From positions 64,001 to 128,000 of the forward strand of contig JBBAPZ010000005.1 in NCBI GenBank assembly GCA_040400605.1: a stretch of DNA of 64,000 nt, written 5' to 3'. This DNA is from Candidatus Sericytochromatia bacterium. GTDB lineage: Bacteria > Cyanobacteriota > Sericytochromatia > S15B-MN24 > JAQBPE01. Position 1 is the first letter of the stretch. Every line of letters starts with the position of its first letter. The notes beneath the pieces were generated by a model. That model was not told where the DNA came from, ran no database searches, and was given only the letters and a program-made list of their open reading frames with translations. A program made the translations under genes and the position numbers. Below, in pieces: positions 59,904 through 64,000 of this stretch.

Positions 59904-60047
59904 TTACTTGTGCCAGTGAGCCGTGCGCATGTCAACCTTGCTGTATCCACTACTCAGCCCGGTATAGACACGCCCGCCATAATTGGATCCTGCCATCAAA
60001 AGGACCACGCTGATGCAGTAGACAATGAATATCTTGACACTGTTCAC
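59904..60047 (-). CDS. Small 47-aa membrane/secreted protein (absent from ORF track)
   Basis: MNSVKIFIVYCISVVLLMAGSNYGGRVYTGLSSGYSKVDMRTAHWHK. Its TAA stop overlaps the RBS of the DUF350 gene. Confidence 0.65.
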   Translation of the reverse strand: MNSVKIFIVYCISVVLLMAGSNYGGRVYTGLSSGYSKVDMRTAHWHK

Positions 60048-60195
60048 GGGCACCACGCTTCACCATGTGTATCGGCAGGGCAACGGCAACATCAACGACC
60101 TTGTTATTCAGTCCCGCCAGTGGCAACCCGACCATGGCAACGTCACCCACTCTCTGATGATAACAAAGTTAACCAACATGCACGAGTTTGGCGAC

Positions 60196-60235
60196 GGCTT
60201 CTCCTGAGTCGCAGGGATGCGATTCAGGAGAAGCC
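60196..60235. other. 18-bp-stem hairpin overlapping the DUF4178 stop codon
   Basis: GGCTTCTCCTGAGTCGCA-GGGA-TGCGATTCAGGAGAAGCC, one mismatch, no T tract. Confidence 0.75.
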
Positions 60236-61522
60236 TTGGTGGCGGCGCGACTCGTGGTAAAAGTGCAGGATGAGGCCGAAAATCGGTACGATGAGCAGGG
60301 CTAGGACGGTGAGACCCAGATTGCTCCCGTTGACGCCACCAGAAGTGAGCCTGAAGTCCCAGTTAACTGGTGCCTGGCGATCGAAGGTGCTCGAATCCGT
60401 GTCGATGAGGATTCTGTAGGTGCCCGGGGGCAGGGCTGAAATCCAGGTGTCCGCCTTGCGATCGCCTTCAGCCCAAAATTCGCCATCTTCTGTACCGCTA
60501 TAATATTCCAGTGTTTGCACCACCCGGTACTCGCGTTGATCCCGTTCATTGCGCAGGGAGATGCCCAGTTCAGCCCAGTCGTTGCTGAGATCAGCGGTCG
60601 TGATCAGGTGAACCGGGGTCGTGCCACGCACCTCAAAGGGCTGTGATATGTAAGTGCGTTCCTTATCCGCCACGTTCACCGTCACGGGCAGATGGCAAAG
60701 CTGGCGTACGGGAGAAGCGAGGGCGCAAAGGGCGTGAATCATCATCGCGACTGTGACCGCGACCACCGCGATGCCCGTCAGCTTGAACACCGAGGGCACG
60801 GGCGATGGCTGATGCGGCGCCACCCCACTGCGATACGGCATCTCCCTGTTAGACAGACCGAACGCCTTTGCCACGTCGCCGGCTGGCAGGTATTCGCCTC
60901 TGGTGACGACACCTGAGGCTTCGTCCTCGTCATCGACACTCAAGAAATAGGGGGGATGTGCGAAATCACTGGTTGATTGTGGTTTGCCAATCGGTACACG
61001 CCAGTTGAATTCCCCTCTCACGTCGGTGATCTCATAGTCGGTGGTTGCAACGCGCGTAAATTTGGTTTTATCCACCGTTACGGTCGACTCATGGCGCACG
61101 GCAAAAAGATCGAGCGCCACTTCTTCTACGAGACTCCAGTGCCCGGCCACCTCGATCAGAAAACGGAAGCCTTCCTGTTCGTTGTAAAGCAGGTACTCAT
61201 TCCAGCCCGCATCATGGTCACTGTTTTCACGACAACGGAGATAACCAACCACCAGCCACGCCACGCCCTTCAAGATGCCCGATGCACCAAGACGGGGGCG
61301 AGGGACGAACGCCGAGTGGGTGGCAATTTTGCTCACAACCCGTAACGGGTTCTCTGTCACGTCGATAATGGCGCGGCAACGGTCACAGCATACGTAAACC
61401 GATTCAGGTGGAACCCGCAGTTTGATTGCGCCTGTGCATTCGGGACATTGATGCCTTCGCAGGCGCCGCTTTGCCGTGCGGTTTTTTTCTTCAACGGGGT
61501 TCTGTGTAGTGTCGTCATTCAT
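60224..61522 (-). CDS. DUF4178-domain protein with N-terminal Zn ribbon and two TM segments
   Basis: CPEC...CCDRC, G....W.VVG, WNEYLLYN...GFRFL.E..GHW, V.GEFNWRV, YYSG.EDGE.W.EG. Confidence 0.8.
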   Translation of the reverse strand: MNDDTTQNPVEEKNRTAKRRLRRHQCPECTGAIKLRVPPESVYVCCDRCRAIIDVTENPLRVVSKIATHSAFVPRPRLGASGILKGVAWLVVGYLRCRENSDHDAGWNEYLLYNEQEGFRFLIEVAGHWSLVEEVALDLFAVRHESTVTVDKTKFTRVATTDYEITDVRGEFNWRVPIGKPQSTSDFAHPPYFLSVDDEDEASGVVTRGEYLPAGDVAKAFGLSNREMPYRSGVAPHQPSPVPSVFKLTGIAVVAVTVAMMIHALCALASPVRQLCHLPVTVNVADKERTYISQPFEVRGTTPVHLITTADLSNDWAELGISLRNERDQREYRVVQTLEYYSGTEDGEFWAEGDRKADTWISALPPGTYRILIDTDSSTFDRQAPVNWDFRLTSGGVNGSNLGLTVLALLIVPIFGLILHFYHESRRHQGFS

Positions 61523-62403
61523 GCTCGTTCACCTGATCGCGAACCCTGGTCATCACCGCTGTTATGATACACCGAACCACGCGATGTTTGGCTCACGGCA
61601 CCAGCCCGTGCACCAGTGTCCGACATGCTGCAGGGTTCTCCATGTCGCCACGATTGCCGGACGGTGTGGCGTGCGATGCGTCCCATACCACGGCCGTGCG
61701 GCTACACCACCAGGTCAGACTCGACTTCGTGTGCACGACGACACACGGCCATCGCGGTGACGCGATACAGACGTCACCGAGTGAGACGCCGAGCAGGGCG
61801 TTACCGATTTTTTAAGGGTGCCGCCATTGAATACCATCAATTATCACAAGGTGTAAGTGGATGCCGCAGCAACGAAAACCACTCGAAACGCCTCGCCGCA
61901 TTATCTGGAGAATAAGGCTGGCTTTTGCGTACTCCTTTCGCTTTATCTGGAAAGCAGTGCAAACACCCCACGCAGTGACGCCCTTTGCGCCACATCAATA
62001 GATAATACTGATTATCTTGAATTCCGGTCGCGCCGGATTGACTGCCAAGTACTGGCTGGATTGGTGCCAAGGCCGGGGTCTTGAAAGTGACGCTGCTTCA
62101 ACGAATCGGCGCGAACCGTTCGCGGGTGTTTTGTTTGCTCCCATTCAGTTATCCACGGTTTGAGTGCCAGTGTGGTTTCTTGACTTTGGGGCACCCTGCC
62201 TCTGATTGTCCATTTATCAAATCGAATGATTGTTCGTCATTCGTCGTTGTATCCGGAATCAGTTTTGTTACCCTTGTGTCTTGGTTTTGCGGTTGTTTGA
62301 CAGGTGAAATGGGTGGTTCCTTGGACTGATGCAATAGGTGACACGTGCGCGGACTCGGGGTACAAGTGCAAAGCGATCACGACCATTTTTTGTGAGGTCA
62401 GGC

Positions 62404-63633
62404 GTGAAGGTATTGCATACATCGGATTGGCATCTGGGCCGTCAATTGAATGGCCGCACGCGCTACGCCGAGTTTGAGGCTTTTTTGAACTGGCTGGGTG
62501 AGACCATTCAAACCAACCAGGTGGAGATGCTGCTGGTGGCCGGTGACATCTTTGATACCGGTACCCCGAGCAACCGCGCGCAGGAGTTGTATTACCGCTT
62601 CTTGGACTCCTTGGGTGCAGCGGATTGTCGTCACGTCGTCATCGTGGCAGGCAATCATGACTCCCCCAGTTTTCTTGACGCACCCAAAACCCTGTTGCGC
62701 TCCCGTGACGTGCACGTGATTGGCCAAGCATCCCAAAACCCCTGCGATGATGTTCTGGTTCTAAAAAATGCAGCCGGTGAACCAGAACTGATCGTCTGCG
62801 CGGTGCCCTACCTGCGCGATCGCGACCTTCGCCACGTCGAGGCAGGCGAAAGTGTCGACGACAAAGAACGCAAACTGCTCACAGGCATCCGCCAACACTA
62901 CACAAGCATCGCCGACTTCGCCGAACAAACGCGGCAAAACCTCAACCCCAACATCCCCATCATCGCAACGGGACACCTCTTTACCAGCGGTGGACAAACC
63001 ATCGAGGGTGATGGCGTCCGGGACCTCTACGTGGGCACCGCCGCGCACATCAACGCCAGTATCTTTGCGCCTTGCGTCGATTATGTCGCTCTCGGCCACC
63101 TTCACGTGCCACAATGCGTCAACGGTCTCGACACCGTCCGTTACAGCGGTTCACCCCTGCCGATGGGCTTTGGGGAGGCCAAACAGCAAAAAAGCGTGTG
63201 TCTGGTGCAATTTGCGCATCGCACGGCAACGGTGCAAACGGTACCGGTGCCGGCCTTTCAACACCTGGGACGCATCAAGGGCAACCTTGACACCATTTTT
63301 GAAGCAATCGACAGGCTCGTGGCCGCTGATGCGAATGTGTGGCTTGAGGTTGTCTATGACGGTGCGGAGTTGGTTGGCGATCTCCGCGAACAGCTTCAAT
63401 CCCGCACCGAAAACACACCCCTCGAGATTCTCCAAATCAAATACCCGCGCCAAGTCAACGCGGGACTCACAGCTGATGATGGCCTCGATGATCTCAAACA
63501 ACTGGACGTCACAGAAGTATTTGAGCGCTGCATGCAGACACGTGGGGTTGAGGCTGCACAGCAACCCGTCTTGCGATTTGCCTTTGAGGAAATTCTGCAA
63601 TGTCTGCAGGATCGTGATCCCTTATCGTTGTGA
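62404..63633 (+). CDS. sbcD: Exonuclease SbcCD subunit D
   Basis: LHTSDWHLG, VAGDIFD, AGNHDS, ATGHLF, DYVALGHLH, RYSGSP..MGFGE. GTG start at 62404. Confidence 0.93.
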   Translation: MKVLHTSDWHLGRQLNGRTRYAEFEAFLNWLGETIQTNQVEMLLVAGDIFDTGTPSNRAQELYYRFLDSLGAADCRHVVIVAGNHDSPSFLDAPKTLLRSRDVHVIGQASQNPCDDVLVLKNAAGEPELIVCAVPYLRDRDLRHVEAGESVDDKERKLLTGIRQHYTSIADFAEQTRQNLNPNIPIIATGHLFTSGGQTIEGDGVRDLYVGTAAHINASIFAPCVDYVALGHLHVPQCVNGLDTVRYSGSPLPMGFGEAKQQKSVCLVQFAHRTATVQTVPVPAFQHLGRIKGNLDTIFEAIDRLVAADANVWLEVVYDGAELVGDLREQLQSRTENTPLEILQIKYPRQVNAGLTADDGLDDLKQLDVTEVFERCMQTRGVEAAQQPVLRFAFEEILQCLQDRDPLSL

Positions 63634-64000
63634 GGGAAAGGCTCCGTCACCACACGGCCTGCCGCGCGGTATGTAATCCACCCCGCAGACCGTCGATTCC
63701 ACACATCACAAGGGTGATGGTGATTGGTCACCAGCACTGTCTTGTCTGAACAACACGATGCACACCGACCTGCGGGTGTATGGGTGCGTTTTTTGTGTGA
63801 CTGATTATCACCAAGCGCCACGGACCATGTTTCAAGCACCAAATTGCACAGAGACAAGGAGATATCGCCGCTTGCAACCCGCAGTTTGCGCTTGCTGCTC
63901 CATGCTTACTTTTTTAATGTAGTCGGCCGTTAATAAGTATTTAGTTTAATGATAAGAAACTTTCTCATCACATGTGTCGATATCCTCAGTGCGTATGCAT

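Noticed and set aside
61523..62403. Riboswitch or gene in the 880-bp gap upstream of the polyamine operon
   Set aside because: No SAM, guanidine or c-di-GMP riboswitch consensus and no credible ORF recognised; an Rfam scan would be needed.

Overview
Bacterial chromosomal window, mostly housekeeping genes plus an accessory block at about 46.7-61.5 kb. An SLH-domain porin, a SigF-like sigma factor, lipoproteins with (L/I)(V/I)SNNGGG repeats, flhB and the absence of photosynthesis genes suggest a non-photosynthetic relative of Cyanobacteria such as Ca. Sericytochromatia. That assignment is inference only. Core content: TPR/beta-barrel/TonB, phnDCE, a tRNA nucleotidyltransferase, flhB, thiolase-accD-accA-pfkA, plsC, initiator tRNA-Met, two photolyase classes, an orphan Dam-type methylase, ETF-QO, GH1, an L20 leader with infC-rpmI-rplT-trmH-ribF, two NHL-repeat lipoproteins, ccoS, fabF, lspA and sbcD. 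Most notable observations: (1) an unannotated 108-110 bp intergenic element without terminal inverted repeats, present as three close copies (81-86% identical by hand count) and two diverged copies that keep only the ends; (2) a 1245-aa candidate polymorphic toxin with a C-terminal HExxH metallopeptidase, coupled to a small candidate immunity gene; (3) a yhcG-hsdR' fragment of a type I R-M operon between 213-bp direct repeats; (4) at least 23 HIP1 octamers (GCGATCGC); (5) a 56-bp near-perfect palindrome; (6) a possibly leaderless initiator tRNA with a U1-A72 pair; (7) a DUF4178/DUF350/SpeE/oxidase/SpeD operon containing a small gene missed by the ORF track. All counts and alignments were done by eye and all family calls are from motif recognition; no database search was run.
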